In this document: positions 1 through 10,058 of the stretch, in pieces
How positions within the stretch are numbered: the stretch's first letter is position 1
Layout of the letters: each line of letters starts with the position of its first letter
From: Ignavibacteriota bacterium
Lineage (GTDB): Bacteria; Bacteroidota; Ignavibacteria; UBA10030; UBA6906
Direction of reading: 5' to 3'
DNA length: 64,000 bases
Assembly: GCA_963801355.1 (NCBI GenBank)
Contig: CAWDEM010000008.1
Span: 1,440,001 to 1,504,000 of the forward strand
Program-made: the position numbers and the translations under genes
Notes under the pieces: generated by a model
The model's input: the letters and a program-made list of their open reading frames with translations, nothing else
Told to the model about the DNA's origin: nothing
Database searches by the model: none

Positions 1-139
1 TTGTAGTGGGAGACGACTTTGCCGATCACTGGAAACCTACACGAATGCGTATGATTCCTACGGCACGAAGAGCCAGCTGAACGGCGGTAAGATAGCGGAG
101 AAGAGAGCCAGAGTCAACCTCCGTGGGCTCAGAGGAGTG

Positions 140-721
140 TCACTTCCCCAGGGACCTCCTGAGGCGTTTCTCGGCGTCGTCGCTCCAGTACCCGCAATCC
201 AGCTGGATGGAGACCGAGGTATACGGAAGCGTCAGCTTCGTTTTGAGCAGCAGGATCTTGAATGTCTTCCCCGCCTCGGCCAGCTTCGCGATGATCTTCT
301 CGTGGAGAAGCGGGTTTGTGTTCAGACTCCCGAGCGCCTCTCCAAGCTGCTTTCGGTATTTGCTGATCCCCGGGGCGTCTTTCTCGGACAGGGCATTCAG
401 CTCTCTGTCGACGTAGATAATCGGTCGGACGTGCTTTGATGCGACCAACTGATCGAGAACGCCCTTAAGGACAGTGATCGGTGGATCTTCGCACAAAATC
501 GTCTCAATGCCCTGGCTGGTCTGGGCTGGATACGCCGCATCCACAACAACAATCCAGTTCCGGTGACCGTAGACTGGCAGCCTTTCGGCCAGCACATCCT
601 TCCAACCTCCAGCTGATGCAGAATTCACGTTCATAAGGGTTGCTCCAAGAATGAAAAGTATCAAGCACCGGTGAATGGTGACTTGTCTCCTGATCCCGCT
701 TGTCCGTCTGTGGCAGAGCAT
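140..721 (-). CDS. RbsD/FucU-fold protein, probably exported
   Basis: GHRNWIVVVDAAYP and LPYTSVSIQLDCGYW resemble RbsD/FucU-like motifs; hydrophobic LILFILGATL segment near the N-terminus; true start uncertain. Confidence 0.7.
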   Translation of the reverse strand: MLCHRRTSGIRRQVTIHRCLILFILGATLMNVNSASAGGWKDVLAERLPVYGHRNWIVVVDAAYPAQTSQGIETILCEDPPITVLKGVLDQLVASKHVRPIIYVDRELNALSEKDAPGISKYRKQLGEALGSLNTNPLLHEKIIAKLAEAGKTFKILLLKTKLTLPYTSVSIQLDCGYWSDDAEKRLRRSLGK

Positions 722-841
722 GGAAGTCCCCTATCAGCCGAGTGAGGAGTTTTGGTGCGATTGATTTTGTGATGCGAATCTATGCTATACCGGCCTCGAA
801 AGCAAGGGAGGCGATGAGAGTTCCCCCCTCCAGGTTCATAC

Positions 842-1996
842 CTACCACTGCACGGCCATGCGGACCATGGTTTCATAATTGCGCAGGGTCACCGGCGACA
901 AGTTGCGACCATACGGGCCGGCGGACGGTAGCAGCACGAAGCCCCGGCCCTCACCCGCTGTGCCTTCGTCGAGCGCACGTTTCACGAGCTCCGAGAACTG
1001 GGATGTGGGCAACATCTCAATGTCGGCGATTTCCAGGTTGCCGAACAGCACAAGTTGCCGGCCATGGCGCTGCCGGACCTCACGCAATGCCATGTCGCCT
1101 TGAGGGGGCGGTTCAATCGGGTCCAGCGCATCCGCGCCCATGCCGGCGATCATGTCGAGGATGTTCTTCAACCGGCCGTGGCAGTGAATGCGTGCGTAAC
1201 CGCCGTGTGCATGGATTTCGCGGATCATGGGCTCAACGTAGCGGACAACATATTCTTCGAACAAGCGCGGCGGAAGGTAGGGTTCGGAGGCGTACTCCGG
1301 GCCGTAAATGCGCCAGAGCCTGCCGGGAAAGCGGCGGCTGACCTCGGCGGTGCGTGGCTGGATGCGACGAGCCATTTTCTCCAACAGCTGGTGGAACAAC
1401 ATCGGCTCGGTGAATGCCAGCACTGTGTAGTCTTCCATGGCGAACAAGGCCGCCGCCGCGCACAGGGGGTCTTCCGTGTCCACCATCACGATTCCCCGCT
1501 CCCCGAGCGCAGCTTCCTCAGCTTCGAGCGGCGCGGTATCGATGCGCTCCGCGAACACCTCGTCCGGGATCGAAAGATATGCTTCGACGTCGGCGGCGTT
1601 CCTGAGCAGAGGTTCTACAGTCCACACCGTGTTGACCTGCCGCTCGCGTTTCGTGACTTGTGTCAATGTCCGCCCGGCGACGGTCAACGTTGTCCGCGTG
1701 ACACGCGTCTCACCGTCGTCATGCGTTTTTTCTTGGAAGAACTCGTGCCAGCGGCCGCTCACCGCCGAACCGGTGGGGTCAATCGAGCGGTCCCGGACCG
1801 GACTCATCAAGCGGATGATATCCGTGTGTTCCTCCGCGAGCTCTATCAGCGGTGCCCAGTCGGGTGAGTTATAGATGTTGTAGGGATCAGGATCGAATCG
1901 GTCTATCAGGAACCCGCCGATCTCGTAGAAGCTCACCGGCGGCCGGTCAACCGGTTCGCCCCGTAACGTCGCCATTAATCGTTCGCGTCGTGTCAT
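842..1996 (-). CDS. Uroporphyrinogen decarboxylase-family (URO-D/MtaA-like) protein
   Basis: N-terminal MTRRERLMATLRGEPVDRPPV; IHCHG, DALDPIEPPPQGD, LFGNLE, GFVLLPSA. Confidence 0.85.
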   Translation of the reverse strand: MTRRERLMATLRGEPVDRPPVSFYEIGGFLIDRFDPDPYNIYNSPDWAPLIELAEEHTDIIRLMSPVRDRSIDPTGSAVSGRWHEFFQEKTHDDGETRVTRTTLTVAGRTLTQVTKRERQVNTVWTVEPLLRNAADVEAYLSIPDEVFAERIDTAPLEAEEAALGERGIVMVDTEDPLCAAAALFAMEDYTVLAFTEPMLFHQLLEKMARRIQPRTAEVSRRFPGRLWRIYGPEYASEPYLPPRLFEEYVVRYVEPMIREIHAHGGYARIHCHGRLKNILDMIAGMGADALDPIEPPPQGDMALREVRQRHGRQLVLFGNLEIADIEMLPTSQFSELVKRALDEGTAGEGRGFVLLPSAGPYGRNLSPVTLRNYETMVRMAVQW

Positions 1997-2222
1997 GACT
2001 CCACTGCCGCAAAATAGTGAATTCGACTCGCAATCGCCACTTTTGTCCTGTGCCGAGCACAGGGAAGAAATTCAGTAAATTTCACGAAACGCACGAACCC
2101 CCACCGTGGCTAGGCTGCAAATCGGTGGCCGCCTGGCAATTGCGCAAATACGGGATATTTGCATTCGGTTAATGTCTTATGCATATTTGCTACGACATAG
2201 CACAATTACATAAGAGACTAGT

Positions 2223-3365
2223 ATGTATCTTCATCGAGAACTCGAATCGATTCTGGCCCGACATCTTCTACACTTCCCCGTCGTTGGCATTGCTGGCCCA
2301 CGGCAATCAGGCAAGTCCACAATGGTCATCCAGACTCTGGGCAAGAAGTATGAGTATATCACATTCGATGATTTTTCTACTTTGCAGATATTCCAGGAGG
2401 ATCCCGAGCGGTTTTTGCGCCTCCACCCGGGCCCTGTCATCTTTGACGAAATCCATCGTGTCCCCGATCTGTTCGTTCGCTTGAAGTTTCTTGTCGACCG
2501 GGATCGGCGGGCCAAAGGACGATTCGTCGTGACCGGCTCAAGCCAATTCGCGCTCATGAAACATGCATCGGATAGCCTTGCGGGCCGGATCGGGTTGCTT
2601 ACCCTGTTGCCATTTCAACACTCTGAGACTCCGGCTGCGCTTCGTCGGGACGCGATCTGGAAAGGGACCTATCCTGAGCTGATCGTCGAAAAGTATGCCC
2701 ACCGGGAAGACTGGTATTCGTCCTACCTTGAAACATACCTCATGCGGGATGTGCGCGATATGGGTGGCGTAGGCGATATCCGGGATTTCCGAAGGTGTCT
2801 CGTTCTCTTGGCCGGCAGAACAGGTCAGATCCTGAACATCTCCGAACTGGCGAGGGATTTGGGCGTGGCAGTCAATACGGTAAAACGATGGATCTCCGTT
2901 ATGGAAGCATCGTTTGTAGTGTATCTGCTCAAACCCTTCTATGCAAATATCGGCAAACGACTCGTGAAGAGTCCGAAACTGTACTTTGTAGACCCGGGTC
3001 TTGTCTCATTTCTCACTGGGATTCGTACAGAGAAGTTGTTCGAAGACGGACCGTTGGCCGGTGCTCTGTTCGAGAATTTTGTTATTTCGGAGGTTCTCAA
3101 ACGCGAGACGCACAGGGGCGAGCGGCCCGATCTTTCATTCATCAGAACGAGCAACGGAGTGGAAGTGGATCTGGTTATCGATCGGAACTCGTCACGGCAA
3201 TTCATTGAAGTGAAGAACACTGAGACATTTCGCCCTGATCTCCTGAAAGGGATCCGTTCACTCAAGGGGAAGGCTGACACGGGCCTGCTGGTGTATCGTG
3301 GGAAAAGTCTTGACTACGAGAAGGGTTTTGGCGTGATAAATTTCTCTGAATATCTCCTTGGATAG
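2223..3365 (+). CDS. AAA+ ATPase with DUF4143 domain
   Basis: Walker A GPRQSGKST, Walker B VIFDEIH, TGSS, SLAGR, KSPKLYFVDPG, EVDLV..IEVK tail. Confidence 0.9.
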   Translation: MYLHRELESILARHLLHFPVVGIAGPRQSGKSTMVIQTLGKKYEYITFDDFSTLQIFQEDPERFLRLHPGPVIFDEIHRVPDLFVRLKFLVDRDRRAKGRFVVTGSSQFALMKHASDSLAGRIGLLTLLPFQHSETPAALRRDAIWKGTYPELIVEKYAHREDWYSSYLETYLMRDVRDMGGVGDIRDFRRCLVLLAGRTGQILNISELARDLGVAVNTVKRWISVMEASFVVYLLKPFYANIGKRLVKSPKLYFVDPGLVSFLTGIRTEKLFEDGPLAGALFENFVISEVLKRETHRGERPDLSFIRTSNGVEVDLVIDRNSSRQFIEVKNTETFRPDLLKGIRSLKGKADTGLLVYRGKSLDYEKGFGVINFSEYLLG

Positions 3366-3428
3366 GATGACAAAGCCAGCCCTGCGCACAGGCCGCCATC
3401 GTCTGTTCGCGTCGTATCATTGTGATAC

Positions 3429-5525
3429 TTATTTCAGGAGGAGCATTCTCTTCGACTCGACATTTTTCCCCGCAGTCAACCGGTAAATGTAGACACCAGT
3501 AGAGTGTGCTGTACCGTCAAACTTCACGTCGTAGGCCCCCGGGGCGGTCCTTTCATCAAACAGCACCGCCACCTCGCGTCCAAGCAGATCATAGACGGCG
3601 AGCCTGACCCAATCGGACCCTGGATCCCGGCCCCCACTCCCGGTCTCTCCGGCCGGAACCCTGAACCCGATCGTTGTCCCTGGATTGAACGGGTTGGGAA
3701 AATTCTGCGCTAGTGCAAAATGCGAAGGGATATCCTCTGGGGACGGTTTTACCGAAGTCAATTCCGAAAGCGGTCGCCTCCAAACGCCACCGCGAAACGT
3801 GCCCGCAAAGAGATTCCCACCCAGAATGGCAAGTGTGTTCACCGTAGTCTTTGTCAGGCCGGTGTTGACTTGCATCCAGTTCGTGCCTCCGTTCGTGGAA
3901 CGACACACACCCAGGGTCCCGGTCCCGGCAAAGAGACTCGTGCCGGAAACCGCGAGTGAGTAAACACGCGTATTGACCACTCCGGTATTGGCTGCAGTCC
4001 AAATCGTGCCGTTGTTGGTGGTAACATAAACGCCGTCGTACGTCCCGGCGTAGAGACTCGTTCCCGAAACCACAAGCGACCGGACAGCATGGTTGGCCAG
4101 GCCGGTGTTGACTGCAGCCCAGCTTGAGCCGTTGTCGGTGGATAGAAAAACGCCGCCGCCAGTGGTCCCGGCAAAGAGATTCGTGCCCGATACCGCGAGG
4201 GACCGAACTGACGCATCTGGCATACCGGTCTTGATTGCAGTCCAATTTGTGCCGTTGTTGGTCGAGAGAAAAACGCCCCCCGGGTATGTTCCGGCAAAGA
4301 GGTTCGTGCCCGATACCATCAGGGCATAGACACTGGTATTTGTCAATCCGGTGTTGACATCAGTCCAGCTGACACCGTTGTCAGTTGTAAGAAATACCCC
4401 GTTGTATGTCGCGGCAAAGACATTCGAGCCCGAAACAGCGAGCGACAAGACATCAAGGTTTTGCAGGGTGCGGCTCCGTTGAGTCCAGCTTGCGCCATTG
4501 TCCGTGGAAAGAAAGTCGCCGGTAAACGTTCCTGCAAAGAGGTTCGTGCCCGAAACGGCCAGTGCATAGACATCTATGACTGCAAGGCCGGCATTAGCGG
4601 CAGTCCAGTTTGCTCCGCTATTGGTCGAAAGAAAAACCCCGTTGCCACGTGTCCCGGCAAAGAGATTTGAACCTGAAACGGCAACCGGATATACATCAAT
4701 GTTGGTCATTCCGGTCCTGACCGCGCTCCAGCTAGTGCCACTGTCGGTGGAAAGCAAAACACCCCTGTTGCTCCCGGCCAGGATGCCTCCGGCAAAGAAG
4801 GCGAAGGATCGAACATAAGCAGTTGGATATCCGGTCGCCGCAGTCCAGCTTGTGCCCCCATTGGTGGAAAGAAAAATGCCGCCGCCAAAGGTCCCGGCGA
4901 AGAGATTTTCTCCCGAAACTGCAAGTGACCGGACGGAAACATTTGTCAAGCCGGAATTAACCGACGACCAGCTTGTGCCGCTGTTGGTCGAGAGAAAAAC
5001 GCCCCCGGCGAACGTTCCGGCAAAGAGATTCGTGCCCGAAACGGCAATCGACCAAACAGCACTGTCAGTCATGCCCGTGTTGACTGCAGCCCAGCTTGAG
5101 CCGTTGTCGGTGGTAAGGAAGACGCCGCCACCGCCAGTTCCCGCAAAGAGCTTAGTGCCCATCACAGCAATTGAAAGGACATCAGTATTTGTCAGGCCGG
5201 CGCTGACCGAAGTCCAGCTCGCACCGCTGTTGGTAGAGCGACAAAGGCCGCCCGCAAGCCCGGAATAGAGAATTGAGCCCGAAGCCGCGAGCGTCTGAAC
5301 GGCAAGATTGGTCAGGCCGGCATTGACTGCAGTCCAGCTCGCGCCGTTGTCGGTGGAAAGAAAGACGCCACCACCGTCGGTTCCGGTGAACAGATTCGCG
5401 CCCGAGACCACAAGCGCCTCAACATAGCCTCCTTCCGGGCCCCCTGTTTGCACCCACTGGGCTCTGGTCACTGCGCTAGAGAGCAGTGCGATGACAAGCA
5501 GGCAAGAAAGACGAATGTTTCTCAT
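3429..5525 (-). CDS. T9SS-sorted BNR/Asp-box repeat beta-propeller protein
   Basis: Signal peptide after a GGAGGT RBS; about 14 repeats of LAVSGTNLFAGT..GGVFLSTxNGxSW; C-terminal FALAQNFPNPFNPGT...KRMLLLK. Confidence 0.9.
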   Translation of the reverse strand: MRNIRLSCLLVIALLSSAVTRAQWVQTGGPEGGYVEALVVSGANLFTGTDGGGVFLSTDNGASWTAVNAGLTNLAVQTLAASGSILYSGLAGGLCRSTNSGASWTSVSAGLTNTDVLSIAVMGTKLFAGTGGGGVFLTTDNGSSWAAVNTGMTDSAVWSIAVSGTNLFAGTFAGGVFLSTNSGTSWSSVNSGLTNVSVRSLAVSGENLFAGTFGGGIFLSTNGGTSWTAATGYPTAYVRSFAFFAGGILAGSNRGVLLSTDSGTSWSAVRTGMTNIDVYPVAVSGSNLFAGTRGNGVFLSTNSGANWTAANAGLAVIDVYALAVSGTNLFAGTFTGDFLSTDNGASWTQRSRTLQNLDVLSLAVSGSNVFAATYNGVFLTTDNGVSWTDVNTGLTNTSVYALMVSGTNLFAGTYPGGVFLSTNNGTNWTAIKTGMPDASVRSLAVSGTNLFAGTTGGGVFLSTDNGSSWAAVNTGLANHAVRSLVVSGTSLYAGTYDGVYVTTNNGTIWTAANTGVVNTRVYSLAVSGTSLFAGTGTLGVCRSTNGGTNWMQVNTGLTKTTVNTLAILGGNLFAGTFRGGVWRRPLSELTSVKPSPEDIPSHFALAQNFPNPFNPGTTIGFRVPAGETGSGGRDPGSDWVRLAVYDLLGREVAVLFDERTAPGAYDVKFDGTAHSTGVYIYRLTAGKNVESKRMLLLK

Positions 5526-5641
5526 GAGGCACCTCCTTCCATGTGCGAGTTGGCAAGGGTAAATCACCCGGCCGGCAGACCATGATGCCAAGCTACGCAA
5601 TGGGGAATCCTCTGGCAATCCCGCAAACACGGGATATTCGG

Positions 5642-6646
5642 TTATTCCTCCGTATCGGCGGCATACACCAATGCGATCTCTTTCCTTATTCTATCCATCA
5701 GTCTGATTAGCCGGAGACTGAACGTCAGCGGCAGTAGGCTGCTTTCCTTCTTTCCAGATCGCAGACACCTGATGACTTCCTCTGCCTCATAGTTGTAGCC
5801 ATTGCCAACGGCATGAGGGTCTATGGTCCGAGTGTCTCCTTCGCCCTTTGCCAGTTCGAGTGTTACTGGAGAGAACCACCACCGGTTGAGTTTGAGTCTC
5901 CCCCTTGTACCGCAGATGTGCGTTTCGACTGTAGAGTTGACCGTGAAACTCGAGAAGAGGGTGGCAATTCTGCCGTCATTGTACTTCAGGGTCAGTGCCA
6001 GACTTTCATCTACATCTGTTGAACCGATGTCGGGAACAGCACTAATCAGATCGGGCTCTCCCCACAGCAGAAGTGTGAGGAAGAGCGGGTAGATGCCAAG
6101 ATCCAAAAGGGAACCCCCACCGAGTTCTTTGTTGAATGCCCGGTGGCGTGGATCAAAAGTCCTCTTTATGCCAAAGTCGGACTGAATATGCCGCACATCT
6201 CCCAGTTCTCCCGAGGCGATCAATTCCAGTGTCTTCACAATTGACGGGAGGAAGCGAGTCCAGAGGGCTTCCATAAGAAAGACGCCTTTCTCCCGTGCCT
6301 TCGAAATCATCCGGAGCACTTCCTTTTCGTTCATGGCGAACGGTTTCTCACACAGGACAGCCTTGCCACGCTCCAGGCACATCAGCGTGTTCTCGCAGTG
6401 GTAGGGATGCGGTGTGGCGACGTAGATGACATCGATATCGGGATCCCGGGCGATTTCTTCGTACGTTCCGTATGCGGTTTCGATGCGGTGCTTGAGGGCA
6501 AACTCCCGTGCGCGCTTGATGCTCCTCGATGCAATTGCCTTGATCTCGGCGTCGGGGAGCACCGAGATCCCTTCCACCATCTTCCCGGCAATCATTCCAG
6601 TGCCGATGATCCCCCAGTTAATTGGCTTGTTCTCAGCTTTTGACAT
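5642..6646 (-). CDS. Gfo/Idh/MocA-family oxidoreductase
   Basis: WGIIGTGMIA Rossmann motif, YVATPH, VLCEKP, GGGSLLDLGIY. Confidence 0.92.
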   Translation of the reverse strand: MSKAENKPINWGIIGTGMIAGKMVEGISVLPDAEIKAIASRSIKRAREFALKHRIETAYGTYEEIARDPDIDVIYVATPHPYHCENTLMCLERGKAVLCEKPFAMNEKEVLRMISKAREKGVFLMEALWTRFLPSIVKTLELIASGELGDVRHIQSDFGIKRTFDPRHRAFNKELGGGSLLDLGIYPLFLTLLLWGEPDLISAVPDIGSTDVDESLALTLKYNDGRIATLFSSFTVNSTVETHICGTRGRLKLNRWWFSPVTLELAKGEGDTRTIDPHAVGNGYNYEAEEVIRCLRSGKKESSLLPLTFSLRLIRLMDRIRKEIALVYAADTEE

Positions 6647-6720
6647 TTTTCAGAACCTGTGCAATGTGACATCCGCGTGCAATATGCCGAATTCAGTTGG
6701 AAATTGGATACCTTTGAGCG

Positions 6721-8571
6721 CTACCTCAGGATTTCATTCCGTTGTTCCAACATGCTGAGTTCCCTCTTGATGACAGACGCCATTTCATTATGTTCCTTTT
6801 TGAGCATCATTGTCACTGTCTCGATGAGGTTTGTGGCCGCCAGGATATGCGGCAGGAACACATAGTCTGCGCCCTCCTTGTACATCTGAAGCGCGCGGCC
6901 GCTGCTTTCCGCGGTCACGATGATTTTCGCGTGCGGACAGACTGTCTTGATCATCTTGATCAGTTTCACATTGTCCGTTCCAACCAGGATCTTGTCGGGG
7001 ATGGTGGAGATGGCAATCTTTATGTCATGGATGCCGGCGTGCTTGAGCGTATCAATATTGCTGACATCGCCGTAAATGACTTTGACCCCGAGGCGTTGGA
7101 GAGGCTCATGCGTTTCCGGGTTGAAGTCAATGACCACAAGCTTATCCATCAAGCGGGCACGAGGTTTCTTGTTCTGATCGAGATGAAGAATTTCATGGAG
7201 GAAAGAACTCGCCGTCCGATGAAATCCCAGCAGAAGAATTTCCTTGCGGCCGCCGTCCGGATGCTCCTGCCCTGCCGTTTGTATGTCCCGCAACCCGCAT
7301 TTCCGCAATAGTGCACCCAGTGTTTTCTGTATTGAATCGTTGTATTTGATCGTATAGGTTGAGAGAACAGAAGTAATGACAAACACGAAGACGATCACCG
7401 TCAAAGTGTCGCGCGAGATATGACCCGCCGCCAATCCGAGTGAAGCAATAACGAGAGAAAACTCGCTGATTTGTGATAGGTTAATCGACGTCAAGAGGCT
7501 GATCCTGATGCCGTTGTTCAATGCATGCAAGACAGGAAAAACTGCAAAAAAGCGTGACGCAACCAGGAATGCGGAGACGATTCCCCCAGTCACAATCAGA
7601 TGCACATTATCAAAAGGGTTCGGTATCTGCATTCCGAGCGAGACGAAAAAGAGTGTCACAAAGAAATCCCTGATATTCACGACTTTGGCTATGACATCCA
7701 TATTGTATGGGAACGTGGAAATTGCCACCCCCGCGATCAGCGCTCCCATCTCGACCGAGAGATTGAAATATGCCGCTGCACCACACACCAGAAAACACCA
7801 TCCGAGGGAAGAGACAAGAACGAGTTCGGGGATTTTTGCGACAGTCTTGAAAGCCCGGGGCAGAACGTACTTGCTGACCAACATGCTTCCAAGGACCAGC
7901 AGAGCACCTTTGAGAAAGGACAACAGAATTGTCAGAACATCGGGGTTCGACAGATTTGGCTGAATACCCAGCAGCACAATCGCCCAGATATCCTGAAACA
8001 CGAGAATACCCAATGTGATCCTACCGGCCAGTGTGTCCAGCTCGAACTTCCCGTACAGTAGCTTGACGACAATGGCGGTACTACTTAATGCACAGCAAGC
8101 GGCAAGATAGATGAGGTCGTACGTTCCACCGCGCAGGGAATACCCCAGCAGGTAAAAAAAGCCAAGCCCGATAATGACCGTGATGGGAAATTGCGATATG
8201 CCGCTCAACACAAGTGATTTCCCCGAATCCCTCAGTTTCTTGGCATCAATTTCAAGTCCTATCAGGAACAGGAGGAGGATGAGACCGAAATGTGAGATGG
8301 TTTCAATTTGAACTGTGTCCTTGATAAGCCCGAGGCCGATCTGGGGTCCAATGACAACACCTGCTGCAATATAGGCCAGCAGCAGCGGCTGTTTGAGAAG
8401 GTGTCCTATAAATGCCAATATGGTAGCGGCCAGTATCGCGAGACCCACGCCACTCACCACATCACTCTGTCCGTTGTTCCCCGATCCTCCCGCCATGAGA
8501 GGAACAGCTGCAAAGAGAAGAGCAGTCAGGCCGTAGATCACTGATCGTTTCGTCATTCGAGACGTTTTCAT
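6721..8571 (-). CDS. CPA2 (KefB/KefC-like) cation:proton antiporter with C-terminal RCK/TrkA-N domain
   Basis: Many TM helices; LSSTAIVVKLL, GILVFQDI, FFVSLG, SQISEF; C-terminal VIYGDVSN. Confidence 0.88.
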   Translation of the reverse strand: MKTSRMTKRSVIYGLTALLFAAVPLMAGGSGNNGQSDVVSGVGLAILAATILAFIGHLLKQPLLLAYIAAGVVIGPQIGLGLIKDTVQIETISHFGLILLLFLIGLEIDAKKLRDSGKSLVLSGISQFPITVIIGLGFFYLLGYSLRGGTYDLIYLAACCALSSTAIVVKLLYGKFELDTLAGRITLGILVFQDIWAIVLLGIQPNLSNPDVLTILLSFLKGALLVLGSMLVSKYVLPRAFKTVAKIPELVLVSSLGWCFLVCGAAAYFNLSVEMGALIAGVAISTFPYNMDVIAKVVNIRDFFVTLFFVSLGMQIPNPFDNVHLIVTGGIVSAFLVASRFFAVFPVLHALNNGIRISLLTSINLSQISEFSLVIASLGLAAGHISRDTLTVIVFVFVITSVLSTYTIKYNDSIQKTLGALLRKCGLRDIQTAGQEHPDGGRKEILLLGFHRTASSFLHEILHLDQNKKPRARLMDKLVVIDFNPETHEPLQRLGVKVIYGDVSNIDTLKHAGIHDIKIAISTIPDKILVGTDNVKLIKMIKTVCPHAKIIVTAESSGRALQMYKEGADYVFLPHILAATNLIETVTMMLKKEHNEMASVIKRELSMLEQRNEILR

Positions 8572-8687
8572 GATGGCATCATCACATCTCTTGTTAGCAT
8601 TCCAGGAGGACACCCGTGTGCCTCCAAGACTCCACTATCGGCCAAAATAATGAATCCAAATGGAAATCGCCAATCTTCGACCCTATG

Positions 8688-8724
8688 AAACAGAAGAGCC
8701 TCCAGCGATTTGCCAGAGGCTCTC
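8688..8724 (-). terminator. Rho-independent terminator downstream of 8752..9468, preceded by a tRNA-3'-like 14-mer
   Basis: Minus strand AGAGCCTCTGGC-AAATC-GCTGGAGGCTCT followed by TCTGTTT. Confidence 0.6.
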
Positions 8725-8751
8725 TAGTAGCGGGGATAGCAACGTATCTAT

Positions 8752-9468
8752 TTATGATTTCGACTGTGCGTTTCCCTGGGCGCGCTTTCGCCTCCGTAGG
8801 AGTGCCAGCACTATCAGGACCGCGACCAACAGCAAGACAATAAGAACCACAATACTGGTAGGAGACCCCCACATCCCGGTAGGTTCGCCCGGCTTGGTCC
8901 CCTCGTCGATCAGCAACACGCCCACCCGCGCCGGTGTTGCAGGAGTCTGAACAACTGCAGTCGCCTTACCCACTTCTGATGGCGCCCTCGTGCTAACGAC
9001 GGTGGCTGTGATTTTATCACCTTCGCGCAGCTGATCCAGCGTCTTCTCTTTGCCGTCGATAGTGATCTTGCCTCCCGAAGGCACCCGGTACATCTTGTTC
9101 TCCCCCTCCGGCGTTTTGATGATCAGATTGCTGCCACTGGTTTTCCACACCGTCCCGACTTCGATTATCTTCACCCTATCAACCAACTTGGGGGCAGTCG
9201 CGGTAGTAATCACCGCCGTCAACTTCATCCCCGGTTTCAGTTCGTGCACGGTCACATTCTTGCCGTCAATGACAAACTTGTAGCCGTCGGGAATCTCAAA
9301 TTGCTTGACCTCGCCATTAGTGAGTTTCACGACGACATCGTTCCCCTCGACGTATACAACTTCTGCATTATCCACCCTGGTCTCAACGTGCTGGGCCCAT
9401 ACACTCGGGGCCGACAGGATGCAGACCAGCATCGCAACAAGAGTTCGAACGGCTCGTAGGAAGTTCAT
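8752..9468 (-). CDS. Exported protein with two small beta-barrel (OB-like) repeats and a C-terminal membrane anchor
   Basis: Signal peptide; repeats IDGKNVTVHELKPGMKLTA and IDGKEKTLDQLREGDKITA; terminal TM helix plus RRRKR. Confidence 0.75.
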   Translation of the reverse strand: MNFLRAVRTLVAMLVCILSAPSVWAQHVETRVDNAEVVYVEGNDVVVKLTNGEVKQFEIPDGYKFVIDGKNVTVHELKPGMKLTAVITTATAPKLVDRVKIIEVGTVWKTSGSNLIIKTPEGENKMYRVPSGGKITIDGKEKTLDQLREGDKITATVVSTRAPSEVGKATAVVQTPATPARVGVLLIDEGTKPGEPTGMWGSPTSIVVLIVLLLVAVLIVLALLRRRKRAQGNAQSKS

Positions 9469-9789
9469 GGGTGCTTCTCCGTATAGTTCAAGAGTATGAA
9501 ATACCGCACTTCGTCCCGCAATGGCACGCTGTTGAAGGCAAGCACCGCATCAATCTGTAACACACAGATCTGATCACAGTGTGTCAGGGGTAAGGATTGC
9601 AATGAAAATGATGCATTGTCGGCTCCTCACTGCGTGAGCCGTCCATATTGAGTCTCAAGAAGTATACCGATCAAAACTTCAGAATGAATCGGCTGAAAGG
9701 ATGAAAGAGTAGTTAATCCCACGCAACGCAGTTGTTGCTCCTCGCACGAGAGAGAGAGACGATCTTCAGGCCTCTTATTTTCGATGGAA

Positions 9790-9821
9790 TGCGTAACGAT
9801 TTCCAGTGCGTAACGATTTCC
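9790..9821. repeat. Tandem 15-bp direct repeat TGCGTAACGATTTCC
   Basis: Exact copies at 9790-9804 and 9807-9821, just upstream of a -35 box. Confidence 0.9.
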
Positions 9822-9833
9822 GGGGGAGTGGAA

Positions 9834-9862
9834 TTGATTTTGGCGCCGGGCACCTCTATATT
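9834..9862 (+). promoter_or_regulatory. Sigma70-type promoter for 10059..11972
   Basis: TTGATT-17 bp-TATATT. Confidence 0.55.
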
Positions 9863-10058
9863 TTCACAATCTGCCTGAGTGATGCTCTACAGGGAATCGC
9901 TACAACTGCTCACTCTCTTTTCGGAACGGATCCGACAAAGATCTGATTCCCCATTGCCAGATGACAGCCGTCGACGTAGGGAATCGTTCTGGCAAACGAT
10001 TCCGCTTCAGACGCAGGGGCCGCCATGATCCAGTGGCATAGACAAAAGAGGTTCGGCA

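Noticed and set aside
3780-5420. Regularly spaced CCGGCAAAGAGATTCGTGCCCGA-like repeats resembling a CRISPR array
   Set aside because: They are in-frame coding repeats (about 126-bp period) of the propeller protein; no cas genes are present.
8680-8740. AGCCTCC...GTAGCGGGG resembles part of a c-di-GMP-I riboswitch
   Set aside because: The GGCAAA/GAAA/GACGC P2 elements are missing and the orientation is opposite to the adjacent genes.
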